Of a stretch of 64,000 bases of DNA, positions 21,176-30,406 are shown piece by piece. This DNA is from Phenylobacterium sp. GTDB taxonomy: Bacteria; Pseudomonadota; Alphaproteobacteria; Caulobacterales; Caulobacteraceae. The notes beneath the pieces are model-generated. The model made no database searches. It worked only from the letters and a program-made list of their open reading frames with translations, and was not told the origin of the DNA. A program made the translations under genes and the position numbers. The stretch is taken from NCBI RefSeq assembly GCF_020253645.1, contig NZ_JADCBG010000037.1, positions 24,501 through 88,500 of the forward strand, read 5' to 3'. Position 1 is the first letter of the stretch, and the number at the start of each line of letters is the position of its first letter.

Positions 21176-21805
21176 ATGCTGGAGGATCTTAAGGCCAATA
21201 ACCGCAGGTGGGCCGCCGCCAAGCTGTCCGTCGATCCCGGCTTCTTCCAGCGCCTAGCGGGCCAGCAGAGCCCGGAGTATCTGTGGATCGGCTGCGCCGA
21301 CAGCCGGGTGCCGGCAAACGAGATCGTCGGACTCGACCCCGGAGAGCTCTTCGTGCACCGGAATGTCGCCAACCTCGCCCCGCCCCAGGACGCCAACTAC
21401 CTGTCCGTCCTGCAGTTCGCCGTCGATGTCCTCAAGGTCCGCCATGTCATGGTCGTAGGTCACTACGGCTGCCACGGAATTGCGGCTGCGGTCGACGGAA
21501 AGCGGCGGGGCCTGGTCGACCACTGGCTTCACCCGATCCGCGAGACCTACGCCGAGAACCGGGGTGAACTTGAGGCCCTCGAAACTGGCCCGCGTCTGGA
21601 CCGGCTCTGCGAGCTGAACGTGATCCGCCAGGTGCGGAATGTCGCCTCCGACGTCTTCGTCCAGGAGGCCTGGGCGCGCGGCCAGGCGGTCAGCGTCCAT
21701 GGCTGGATCTACGCCATCCACGACGGCCTTCTGACGGACCTTTCGGTGACGGTGTCGGACGCCGCCGGGCTGGAGGCCCTGCAGCCCGCCTTCAGGCCAG
21801 CTTGA
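21176..21805 (+). CDS. can: Beta-class carbonic anhydrase
   Basis: WIGCADSRVP, FVHRNVAN, GHYGC. Confidence 0.96.
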   Translation: MLEDLKANNRRWAAAKLSVDPGFFQRLAGQQSPEYLWIGCADSRVPANEIVGLDPGELFVHRNVANLAPPQDANYLSVLQFAVDVLKVRHVMVVGHYGCHGIAAAVDGKRRGLVDHWLHPIRETYAENRGELEALETGPRLDRLCELNVIRQVRNVASDVFVQEAWARGQAVSVHGWIYAIHDGLLTDLSVTVSDAAGLEALQPAFRPA

Positions 21806-22739
21806 TCTCCCTCAGCCTCTGCTGGAGGAAGGCGTCGGCGGTGATCGGTTCGGGGAAGGCGTCAGGCCGCTCCGGTGTGATGCAGCCGGGCAGGGTGTGG
21901 ACCTCGAAGTCCGGCCGGAAGTGCAGGAAGAAGGGCGTCGAGTAGCGCGACACGCCCCGCCGCTCCGGCGCCGGATTGACCACCCGGTGGATGGTCGAGG
22001 GCAGGACCCGGTTGCTCAGCCGCTCCAGCATGTCGCCGATGTTGCAGACCAGGGATCCCGCCGGCGGATTCACGGCGATCCAGCGGCCGTCATGGTCGAG
22101 GACCTCCAGCCCCGCCTCCTCGGCGCCGAGCAGCAGGGTGATGACGTTGATGTCCCCATGCGCCCCGGCCCGGATGTTCGGCCCGTCCGGCGAGACCGGA
22201 GGATAATGCAGGAGGCGCAGGATGGAGTTGCCGTCCTGGACCGGGTCGTCAAACCAGTGGCGGTCAAGGCCCAGGTAGACCGCCAGGGCCTGCAGCACCC
22301 TCAGGCCGAAGTCCTCCAGGGCTTGGAAGAGCCAGGACACCTCCTCGCGGAAGGCGGGGATCTCGGCGGGCCAGACATTGGGCGGCATGACCGCCGCGTA
22401 GGGGTGCCCGGCCGGAAGATCCCGGCCCACATGCCAGAACTCCTTCAGGTCGAAGTGCTGGGAGTCCTTGGCGGTCTCGACTCCGAAGGGGGTGTAACCG
22501 CGCTGACCCCCGACGCCGGTCACGTAGCGGCGCTTCACCTCCTCCGGCAGGGCGAAGAAGGCGCGGGAGGCTTCCAGCGCCCGGTCGATCCTGGGCAAGT
22601 CCAGGTCGTGGTGGGCGATGACGCAGAAACCGTACCGGACGAAGCTGTCGCCCAGGCGTCGGGAAAAGCCCTCGAAGTCAGCGGACCAGTCGTTGAAATC
22701 CACCGGCGGAAGGCCGGAAGGGGCGGGGCTCTGGCTCAT
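21792..22739 (-). CDS. 2-oxoglutarate/Fe(II) oxygenase, isopenicillin N synthase family
   Basis: LLHYPP, AHGD (HxD), STIHRV (distal His), RYS (RxS). Confidence 0.92.
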   Translation of the reverse strand: MSQSPAPSGLPPVDFNDWSADFEGFSRRLGDSFVRYGFCVIAHHDLDLPRIDRALEASRAFFALPEEVKRRYVTGVGGQRGYTPFGVETAKDSQHFDLKEFWHVGRDLPAGHPYAAVMPPNVWPAEIPAFREEVSWLFQALEDFGLRVLQALAVYLGLDRHWFDDPVQDGNSILRLLHYPPVSPDGPNIRAGAHGDINVITLLLGAEEAGLEVLDHDGRWIAVNPPAGSLVCNIGDMLERLSNRVLPSTIHRVVNPAPERRGVSRYSTPFFLHFRPDFEVHTLPGCITPERPDAFPEPITADAFLQQRLREIKLA

Positions 22740-22813
22740 ACTCGCCTCCTACACCGGGGCGAGCCTCCGCGCCAATCCGGAGGCCCCCCAGGGCGTCCGG
22801 GACGTTTTCAAAT

Positions 22814-22826
22814 GCTGCAATGCAGC
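22814..22826. promoter_or_regulatory. PhaR-like palindromic operator upstream of scoA
   Basis: GCTGCA-A-TGCAGC; contains CTGC-N3-GCAG. Confidence 0.55.
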
Positions 22827-22839
22827 GTAGGGTGATCCC

Positions 22840-23559
22840 ATGGCGACCAAGATTCAATCCGATGCAGCCTCCGCCCTCTCCGGCCTGTTGTTTGACGGCA
22901 TGACGGTCATGGCTGGTGGCTTCGGCCTCTGCGGCATTCCCGAAAACCTCATCCTGGCGATCCGGGAGTCCGGGGTGAAGGACCTGACCGTGGTCTCGAA
23001 CAACTGCGGCGTCGACGGCTTCGGTCTCGGCCTGCTGCTCGAGAACGGCCAGATCCGCAAGATGATCAGCTCCTATGTGGGCGAGAACGAGCTCTTTGAG
23101 CGGCTCTACATCGAGGGCCGGCTGGAGGTGGAGTTCACCCCCCAGGGCACCCTGGCCGAGCGCATCCGCGCCGGCGGCGCCGGCATCCCGGCCTTCTACA
23201 CCCGCACGGGCGTGGGCACGGTGGTGGCCGAGGGCAAGGAGACCCGCGAGTTCGATGGAGAGACCTACCTGATGGAGCGGGCGCTGAAGGCCGACATCTC
23301 CATCGTCAAGGCCTGGAAGGGCGACGCCGAGGGCAACCTGATCTACCGGAAGACCGCGCGGAACTTCAATCCGATGATGGCCACGGCCGGCCGGGTGTGC
23401 GTGGCCGAGGTCGAGCACCTCGTTCCGACCGGGACCCTCGACAAGGACATGATCCATACGCCGGGGGTCTACGTGCACCGCATCCTCCAGGGTCCGGCCT
23501 ACGAGAAGCGCATCGAGCGCCTGACCACCCGTCCCCGCAGCGAGAAGGCGAGCGCCTGA
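22840..23559 (+). CDS. scoA: 3-oxoacid CoA-transferase subunit A
   Basis: [43 protein letters not shown]. Confidence 0.95.
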   Translation: MATKIQSDAASALSGLLFDGMTVMAGGFGLCGIPENLILAIRESGVKDLTVVSNNCGVDGFGLGLLLENGQIRKMISSYVGENELFERLYIEGRLEVEFTPQGTLAERIRAGGAGIPAFYTRTGVGTVVAEGKETREFDGETYLMERALKADISIVKAWKGDAEGNLIYRKTARNFNPMMATAGRVCVAEVEHLVPTGTLDKDMIHTPGVYVHRILQGPAYEKRIERLTTRPRSEKASA

Positions 23560-24203
23560 TGCCCTGGACCCGCGATGACATGACCGCCCGGGCGGCGCGC
23601 GAGCTGAAGGACGGCTTCTACGTCAACCTCGGCATAGGCATCCCGACCCTGGTGGCCAACCACATCCCGCCAGGCATGGAGGTCACCCTGCAGTCGGAAA
23701 ACGGCATGCTGGGCATGGGCCCCTATCCCTTCGAGGGCGAGGAGGACCCGGACCTGGTCAACGCGGGCAAGATGACCATCAGCGAACTGGACTCCTCGTC
23801 CTATTTCAACAGCGCCGAGTCCTTCGCCATGATCCGCGGCGGGCATATCGACCTTTCGGTCCTCGGCGCCATGCAGGTGGCGGCCAATGGCGACCTGGCG
23901 AACTGGATGGTGCCCGGCAAGATGGTCAAGGGCATGGGCGGCGCCATGGACCTGGTGGCGGGCGTCAAGCGGGTCATCGTGGTCATGGAGCACTGCGAGA
24001 AGTCGGGTCGGTCCAAGCTGGTCCGCGAGTGCACCCTGCCCCTCACCGGCAAGGGCGTGGTCGACCTGCTGATCACCGACCTCGGCGTCTTCGAGATCAA
24101 CCGGGGCCGCGGCGCCGTCAGGCTTGTGGAACTGGCCCCCGGCGTTACCCTTGAGGAGGTCCGGGCCCGGACCGAGGCGGCCTTCGTCACCGACCTCGTC
24201 TGA
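23559..24203 (+). CDS. scoB: 3-oxoacid CoA-transferase subunit B
   Basis: VNLGIGIPT, LQSENG (catalytic Glu), GMGGAMDLV; TGATG overlap with scoA. Confidence 0.95.
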   Translation: MPWTRDDMTARAARELKDGFYVNLGIGIPTLVANHIPPGMEVTLQSENGMLGMGPYPFEGEEDPDLVNAGKMTISELDSSSYFNSAESFAMIRGGHIDLSVLGAMQVAANGDLANWMVPGKMVKGMGGAMDLVAGVKRVIVVMEHCEKSGRSKLVRECTLPLTGKGVVDLLITDLGVFEINRGRGAVRLVELAPGVTLEEVRARTEAAFVTDLV

Positions 24204-24231
24204 TCGCGCCCGCCGCAATGGAGTTGCGCCC

Positions 24232-24825
24232 ATGATGCGTGTCGTCCTGGCCCTGTGCCTGGCCCTGCTGGTGGGCGCCGCAGTCCCCGCCGCTTCCGCC
24301 CCGCCCAAGGGCTCGAACCTGAGGACCTCTGTCTTCGCGGGCGGCTGCTTCTGGTCCGCCGAGCACGACATGGAGGGCGTCCGCGGCGTGGTCGACGTGG
24401 TGGTCGGCTACTCGGGAGGGACGAAACGCAATCCCACCTACGAGAACCACGAGGGGCACCTGGAGGCCATCCGGGTGACCTGGGACCCGGCCCGAACGAC
24501 CTACCCGGACCTGGTCGCCGCCTTCTTCCGGAACATCGATCCCACGGATCCCAACGGCCAGATCTGTGACATCGGCCCCAGCTACCGCACGGCGGTCTTT
24601 GTCGAGACCGACGCCGAGAAGCGCGTCGCGGAGCAGGTCAAGGCCGACGTCGCCCGCCAGATCCGCCGGCCGGTCGCCACCCGGATCCTGCCCCGTTCCA
24701 CCTTCTGGGTGGGCGAGGGCTACCACCAGGACTACGCAGTCAAGAATCCCGGCCACTACAAGCGCTACAGGGTCGGCTGCGGCCGGGACGCCCGGATCCG
24801 GGCGGTCTGGGCCGGGCGCGGCTGA
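24232..24825 (+). CDS. msrA: Peptide-methionine (S)-S-oxide reductase with signal peptide
   Basis: GGCFW, GYSGG, PTY, EGYHQDY, C-terminal GCGRD; hydrophobic N-terminus. Confidence 0.92.
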   Translation: MMRVVLALCLALLVGAAVPAASAPPKGSNLRTSVFAGGCFWSAEHDMEGVRGVVDVVVGYSGGTKRNPTYENHEGHLEAIRVTWDPARTTYPDLVAAFFRNIDPTDPNGQICDIGPSYRTAVFVETDAEKRVAEQVKADVARQIRRPVATRILPRSTFWVGEGYHQDYAVKNPGHYKRYRVGCGRDARIRAVWAGRG

Positions 24826-24885
24826 GGGGCGCCCGTTGCGCGGGCACACCGGGCTTGAAGCGTGGTGTTTTTGCAGCAGTCCGAC

Positions 24886-24942
24886 CTGTGAATCCGACTG
24901 TTAAAAAACCGTCACCCAAATTGTGACATTCCGCGCTATAGG
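24886..24942 (+). promoter_or_regulatory. Pho-box-like direct repeats and -10 element upstream of the TonB receptor
   Basis: CTGTTAA-AAAA-CCGTCAC at 24898-24915, flanked by CTGTGAA (24886) and TTGTGAC (24921); TATAGG at 24937 with no canonical -35. Confidence 0.55.
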
Positions 24943-24999
24943 CACGCCCGACCGGTCGGGGCAGGCTGCAGGCCGGATTGATCCGATGGAGGGGTATCC

Positions 25000-27900
25000 A
25001 TGATGTCCACGAGAATGCTCGCCCGCAGTACGGCGGTGGCCGCCCTGATGTGCGCCATGGCCGCTCCGGCCTTCGCCCAGGAAACCACCAGCGCCATCCG
25101 CGGCCGCATTACCGACGCCTCAGGCGCGTCCGTAGCCGGCGCCACAGTCACCATCACCCACGCGCCGACCGGCACTACGGTGACCACCCTCTCCGGCCCT
25201 GACGGCTTCTATACCGCCCGTGGCCTGCGCGTTGGCGGTCCCTACAAGATCGAGGCCACCTCTTCCGGCCGGACCGAGTCCTCGCAGGTCCAGTCGGTCG
25301 GTGTCGGCGCCCCGGTGACTGTAAACCTCGCCTTCGCCGCCGACGAGGTGGAGGAGGTGGTCATCACCGCCGCCCTGGCCAAGCGCGAGGAGAACGGCGG
25401 TCCGACCAGCAACTACGGTCTTGGCGACATCCAGGATCTGCCCAGCCTGAAGCGCGACCTCAAGGACGTGGCCCGGCTCAACCCCTTTGTGGTGCTGGAC
25501 CCCTCCAACCTCGACGCCGTCTTCGCCGGCGGCGTATCCAACCGCTTCAATAGCCTGACTGTCGACGGCGTGAAGCAGAACGACGACTTCGGCCTGAACA
25601 ATAACGGTTATCCCACGCAACGCAGCCCAATTTCGACGGACGCCGTCCAGGCCATGTCGGTGAACCTGGCGCCCTATTCTGTACTCTACAACGACTTTCA
25701 GGGCGCCAATATCAATGTGGTCACCAAGTCCGGTACCAACGACTTCAAAGGCACCTTTGTCTATGAGTATTCCGACCAGGATTACATCGGCGATAGGGCC
25801 AATGGCCAGAAGTTCGCTAACATCTTCGAGGAGACGTCCTGGGCCGCCACCCTGGGCGGGCCAATCATCAAGGACAAGCTCTTCTTCTTCCTGTCCTACG
25901 AGCAGTTCGACGCCGAGCGCGGCACGATCGCCGGCCCGGTGGGCTCCGGAAAGCCTGTGATCGCCGGCAACCCGAACGCCGCCATTCCCTTCATTACGCC
26001 GGCGCAGGTGACCCAGGTCCAAGATATTCTCAAGAATGTCTACGGCTACGGCGTCGACTCCGGGAGCTCAATCCTCAACAATCTGGCCCTACCGGAAGAG
26101 GACACCAAGAGGCTCGTCAAGCTGGACTGGAACATCACCGATAACCACAGGCTGGCCTTCACCTGGCAGTCCACCGAGGGTACCCGGCTGATCGAGGGCA
26201 ACCGGTCGTCCTCGACCCAACTGGCCCTGTACTCGAACTACTACACCAAGGGCGACGATCTGACTGTCTACACCGCCCAGCTGAATTCGGGGTGGACCGA
26301 CAACTTCCGTACCGAACTGACCGTCACCCAGAAGGAAGTGGTAACCCTGCAGGTCCCGGTCGGCGGTGTCTCTGGAAACGCCTCCGGAAATGGCGACGAG
26401 GCGGCCGAGTTCGGCCAGTTCTCCATCGGCGCCAACCCTGCGGTCTCTGGCACGGCGACCCGGATTCTGGCCGGTCCGGACAACTCGCGCCACGCCAACG
26501 AGCTTGAGAACACCGTCAGGACCTACCGCGCCCGCGCCTTCTACGACCTGGGCGACCACGAGTTCGCCGCCGGCGTCGAGAAGGAGAACCTCGAAGTCTA
26601 CAACCTCTTCGCCCAGCGCACGGAAGGCGAGTTCACCTTCAACAGCGTGGCCGACCTCCAGAACCGGGTCCTTAACCAGCTCGTCTATCAGAACGCCATT
26701 GTCGATGCGAACGGCGACGGTGTGCGTAACGAGAAGGACCTGGCGGCCCAGTTCGACTACGACACCTGGAACTTCTACGCGCAGGACACCCTGCGCGTCA
26801 CCGAGGACCTGACGGTCACGGCGGGCTTCCGATATACCCGGCTGAACCAGAGCGACAAGCCGCTCGCCAACCCCTACTTCCTCAGCCGCTATGGCTTCTC
26901 GAACTCGGAGAACCTGGACGGCAAGTCGGTCTTGATGCCGCGCGTTAGCTTTGACTGGCGACCGGATTATGAAGCCAATTTCGGGGCGGTGGGCGTCAGT
27001 GGCCTGCGGGTCACCGGCGGCTTCGGCCTCTTTTCTGGCGGCGCCGCCACCGTCTGGGTGTCGAACAGCTTCTCGAACACCGGCGTCCTCGGCGCCAGCG
27101 TCTCGTGCCTGCGCAACGCCACCAGCTCGGCCTGCGGCCTGGCCGCGGGCACCAATGACAACGCCATCCTGTCCCAGGTCACCAGCTTCGCGGACCTTCC
27201 GACGGCGCTCGAGGCTCTGCTGGATCCGACCAGGCCCTCGATCGTCAACATCCAGCGCTCGGCTGGCGCCAACGGGATCGACCCGAGCTTTGAGCCGATC
27301 CAGACTTGGAAGAGCAGCCTGACCTTTACCGGCGACCTCAATCTCGGTTGGCTGGGTGACGACTACGAGTTCTCGGTGGACTACCTGCGCGGCGACGTCC
27401 GCAAGGGTATCCTCTGGAAGGATTATCGCGGCGGCCTCTCGCCGGTCGCCTTTGCCCCCGACGGCCGGCCGATCTACCGCCGGAACGCAGAGCGTGGTCT
27501 GTTCGTCACCGGCGTGGCCTCGTCCGACACCGGCAGCGACCTGATCCTCACCAACACCGATCAGGGCTTCCAGCAGGCCTGGGCCTTCAGCCTCTCCAAG
27601 TCCTGGGACTCCGGTTTTGACGGCAGTTTCAGCTACACCCTGACGGACGCCAAGGACGTGAACCCGGGCACGAGCTCTGTGGCCTTCTCCAACTGGGCCA
27701 ACTTGGCGACGGCGGATGTCAATAACCCCGGCCTGGCGACCTCGAACTACGAGATCAAGCACTCGTACAAGCTGCGTCTGTCCTGGACCAAGGAGTTCTG
27801 GGACGACAACAAGACCAACGTCTCCCTCTTCATGGAGCACCGGTCGGGCCTGCCCTACAGCTTTGTTTACAACATCTCCAGTTCGGCCTCGATGTCGACC

Positions 27901-28392
27901 TTCGGCGACGGCGCCTCGAACCGGCAGTTGTTCTACGTGCCTAAGGTGGACAGCTCGGGCAACGTGACCCTGACCAGCGACCCGATCGTCACTTATGCGA
28001 CGGGCTTCAACATGGCGGCCTTCAACGAGTATCTGAAGGGCGTGGGCCTGACCGACCATGCGGGCAGAATCTCGCCCAGGAACGGCTTCCGTTCGGATGA
28101 TGTGACCCGCTTCGACCTGCGCCTGAGCCAGGAACTGCCAGCCTTTGTGCCGAACGGCGCCAAGCTCAAGCTCTTCGCGGACTTCATTAACATCGGAAAC
28201 ATGATCAACGACGAGTGGGGCATCCTTGAGCAGGTAGACTTCCCTTACGTCGCACCCATCGTCGGCGTAGCCCTTGCGGGCGGTAAGTACACCTATTCGA
28301 ACTTCCAGCCGGCGGTGAAGACCCTTTCCAACTCGGACGCGCCGAACCGTTCGCTCTGGCAGGTCAAGTTCGGCGTCAAGTACTCCTTCTGA
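25000..28392 (+). CDS. Oar-like TonB-dependent outer membrane receptor
   Basis: Signal peptide (AFA-QET), carboxypeptidase-regulatory-like N-domain, plug (VDG...NDDFGL, NVVTKSGTN.F.G), C-terminal GVKYSF. Confidence 0.93.
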   Translation: MMSTRMLARSTAVAALMCAMAAPAFAQETTSAIRGRITDASGASVAGATVTITHAPTGTTVTTLSGPDGFYTARGLRVGGPYKIEATSSGRTESSQVQSVGVGAPVTVNLAFAADEVEEVVITAALAKREENGGPTSNYGLGDIQDLPSLKRDLKDVARLNPFVVLDPSNLDAVFAGGVSNRFNSLTVDGVKQNDDFGLNNNGYPTQRSPISTDAVQAMSVNLAPYSVLYNDFQGANINVVTKSGTNDFKGTFVYEYSDQDYIGDRANGQKFANIFEETSWAATLGGPIIKDKLFFFLSYEQFDAERGTIAGPVGSGKPVIAGNPNAAIPFITPAQVTQVQDILKNVYGYGVDSGSSILNNLALPEEDTKRLVKLDWNITDNHRLAFTWQSTEGTRLIEGNRSSSTQLALYSNYYTKGDDLTVYTAQLNSGWTDNFRTELTVTQKEVVTLQVPVGGVSGNASGNGDEAAEFGQFSIGANPAVSGTATRILAGPDNSRHANELENTVRTYRARAFYDLGDHEFAAGVEKENLEVYNLFAQRTEGEFTFNSVADLQNRVLNQLVYQNAIVDANGDGVRNEKDLAAQFDYDTWNFYAQDTLRVTEDLTVTAGFRYTRLNQSDKPLANPYFLSRYGFSNSENLDGKSVLMPRVSFDWRPDYEANFGAVGVSGLRVTGGFGLFSGGAATVWVSNSFSNTGVLGASVSCLRNATSSACGLAAGTNDNAILSQVTSFADLPTALEALLDPTRPSIVNIQRSAGANGIDPSFEPIQTWKSSLTFTGDLNLGWLGDDYEFSVDYLRGDVRKGILWKDYRGGLSPVAFAPDGRPIYRRNAERGLFVTGVASSDTGSDLILTNTDQGFQQAWAFSLSKSWDSGFDGSFSYTLTDAKDVNPGTSSVAFSNWANLATADVNNPGLATSNYEIKHSYKLRLSWTKEFWDDNKTNVSLFMEHRSGLPYSFVYNISSSASMSTFGDGASNRQLFYVPKVDSSGNVTLTSDPIVTYATGFNMAAFNEYLKGVGLTDHAGRISPRNGFRSDDVTRFDLRLSQELPAFVPNGAKLKLFADFINIGNMINDEWGILEQVDFPYVAPIVGVALAGGKYTYSNFQPAVKTLSNSDAPNRSLWQVKFGVKYSF

Positions 28393-28418
28393 TCCCAGCC
28401 GGGTTCAGTGGAATTCGG

Positions 28419-28453
28419 GGGGCGGCCCGGCGACGGGCCGCCCCTTCGCTTTT
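28419..28453 (+). terminator. Intrinsic terminator after the TonB receptor
   Basis: GGGGCGGCCCG-gcga-CGGGCCGCCCC followed by TTCGCTTTT. Confidence 0.7.
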
Positions 28454-28529
28454 CGGGGGCGCCGCGAGAGCTTGACGTCGGGGCCCGCCTCGCCCATCTG
28501 CCCGCGTCCCCCCAAGGGAGAACCGCGCC

Positions 28530-29528
28530 ATGTCCCGTCCCGTCCCCGCCGAGTGGGCCCCGCACCGGGCCATGTGGCTGGGCTTTCCCAGCCACGAAGA
28601 CCTCTGGGAGGACAACCTCGTCCCCGCCCAGGAGGAGGTGGAGGCCCTGGCCCGGGCCCTGGCCGGCCCCGGCGGCGAGCGCGTGCGCCTGATGACCGGG
28701 ACCCCGGAGGGCGACGCGGAGGCCCGCCGGCGCCTGGGCGGCGTCGCCGGCGTCGACATCGTCGCCGGCCGCTTCGGCGATGTCTGGCTGCGGGACACCG
28801 GCCCCATCTTCCTCGGTTCCGACGCCGCCGCCGGCTTCCGGTTCAACGGCTGGGGCGGAAAGTACGATCTGCCCCATGACGACGAGGTCGCCGACCAGAT
28901 CGCCTCGGTGGCCGGAGTCGACCTCCTGCGCAGCGACGCCATCCTCGAGGGGGGCGCCCTCGACCATGACGGGGAGGGGACGATCCTCACCACCCGCCAG
29001 TGCCTCCTGAACCCCAACCGGAACCCGGGCTGGACCGAGGCGGAGGCCGAGGCGGCCCTCGCCCGGGACCTCGGGGCCCGCAAGGTCCTCTGGCTTGGCG
29101 AAGGCCTGCAGAACGACCACACGGACGGCCACGTGGACAACCTTGCCCGCTTCGTCGCCCCCGGCGTCGTGGTCTGCCCCGTGGGCTTCGGCGCCGGGGA
29201 CCCCAACGGCGAGGTCTATGACGCCGCCGCCCGGACCCTGTCGGGGATGACGGACGCGGCGGGCCGCCCCCTGCGCGTGATTCGGATCCCCTCGCCGGGC
29301 TGGATCGAGGTTGATGGCGTCGGCGGCGCCCCGGCCAGCCACATGAACTTCATCATCGCCAACCGCGCGGTGATCTTGCCCGTCTACGGCGAGGGCATGG
29401 CCGCCCGCCTGGCCGCCCAGGGCCTCGCCGAGGCCTTCCCTGGGCGTGAGGTCATTTCCCTGCCGTCCCACGCCCTCCTGACCGGCGGCGGGTCCTTCCA
29501 CTGCATCTCCCAGCAGGAGCCGGCCTGA
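28530..29528 (+). CDS. aguA: Agmatine deiminase
   Basis: PAEWAPH, DVWLRDTGP, LEGGA, DHTDGHVDN, GGGSFHCISQQ.P. Confidence 0.95.
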   Translation: MSRPVPAEWAPHRAMWLGFPSHEDLWEDNLVPAQEEVEALARALAGPGGERVRLMTGTPEGDAEARRRLGGVAGVDIVAGRFGDVWLRDTGPIFLGSDAAAGFRFNGWGGKYDLPHDDEVADQIASVAGVDLLRSDAILEGGALDHDGEGTILTTRQCLLNPNRNPGWTEAEAEAALARDLGARKVLWLGEGLQNDHTDGHVDNLARFVAPGVVVCPVGFGAGDPNGEVYDAAARTLSGMTDAAGRPLRVIRIPSPGWIEVDGVGGAPASHMNFIIANRAVILPVYGEGMAARLAAQGLAEAFPGREVISLPSHALLTGGGSFHCISQQEPA

Positions 29529-30406
29529 TGCCCCGCACCCTCACCGTCGCCGCCCTGCAGTCCGCCTATGGCGCGGACCGGGACGCCAACATCGCCCGCA
29601 CCGCCGACCTGATCCGCGAGGCGGCCAGCCGGGGCGCCCAGGTCATCCTGCCGTCGGAGCTCTTCCAGGGCCCCTATTTCTGCGTCGCCCAGGAGGAGCG
29701 CTGGTTCGGGCAGGCCCATCCCTGGCGCGAGCACCCCTGTGTTACCGCCCTGGCGCCCCTCGCCGCCGAGCTGGGCGTGGTCCTGCCCATCTCGATCTTC
29801 GAGCGCGAGGGCCCGCATTACTTCAACAGCCTGGTCATGGTGGACGCCGACGGCTCCCTCCTCGGCCTCTACCGCAAGAGCCACATCCCGGACGGCCCCG
29901 GCTACATGGAGAAGTACTATTGCCGGCCTGGCGACACGGGCTTCCGGGTCTGGGACACCCGCTTCGGCCGCATCGGGGCCGGGATCTGCTGGGACCAGTG
30001 GTACCCGGAGTGCGCGCGGGCCATGACCCTGATGGGGGCCGAGGTCCTGCTCTATCCCACGGCGATCGGTTCCGAGCCTCATGATGCGAGCCTCGACACG
30101 GCCGCGCCATGGCGCAGGGCCATGCAGGGCCACGCCGTCTCCAACGTCATCCCCGTCGTTGGCGCCAACCGCACCGGCTTCGAGCCGTGGGAAGGTTATC
30201 CCGGCGGAGGCCAGGGCTTCTACGGCTCCAGCTTTATCGCCGACCACAGGGGAGACCTCCTGGCGGACATGGGCCGTGACGAGGAGGGCGTGGCTGTCGC
30301 CAGCTTCGATCTTGACTTCCTCGCCGGCCACCGGGCCGCCTGGGGCTTCTTCCGGGATCGGCGCACCGACCTCTACGGATCGCTGGTCCAGCCGAGGCCG
30401 GCGTGA
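29528..30406 (+). CDS. aguB: N-carbamoylputrescine amidase
   Basis: Nitrilase triad ELF, RKSHIPDGPGY.EK, ICWDQWYPE; YPTAIGSEP. Confidence 0.95.
   Translation: MPRTLTVAALQSAYGADRDANIARTADLIREAASRGAQVILPSELFQGPYFCVAQEERWFGQAHPWREHPCVTALAPLAAELGVVLPISIFEREGPHYFNSLVMVDADGSLLGLYRKSHIPDGPGYMEKYYCRPGDTGFRVWDTRFGRIGAGICWDQWYPECARAMTLMGAEVLLYPTAIGSEPHDASLDTAAPWRRAMQGHAVSNVIPVVGANRTGFEPWEGYPGGGQGFYGSSFIADHRGDLLADMGRDEEGVAVASFDLDFLAGHRAAWGFFRDRRTDLYGSLVQPRPA

Noticed and set aside
29915-29930. aguB KYYCRPGD instead of the usual KYYFxPGD as a sign of pseudogenisation
   Set aside because: Single substitution; the E-K-C triad and reading frame are intact.
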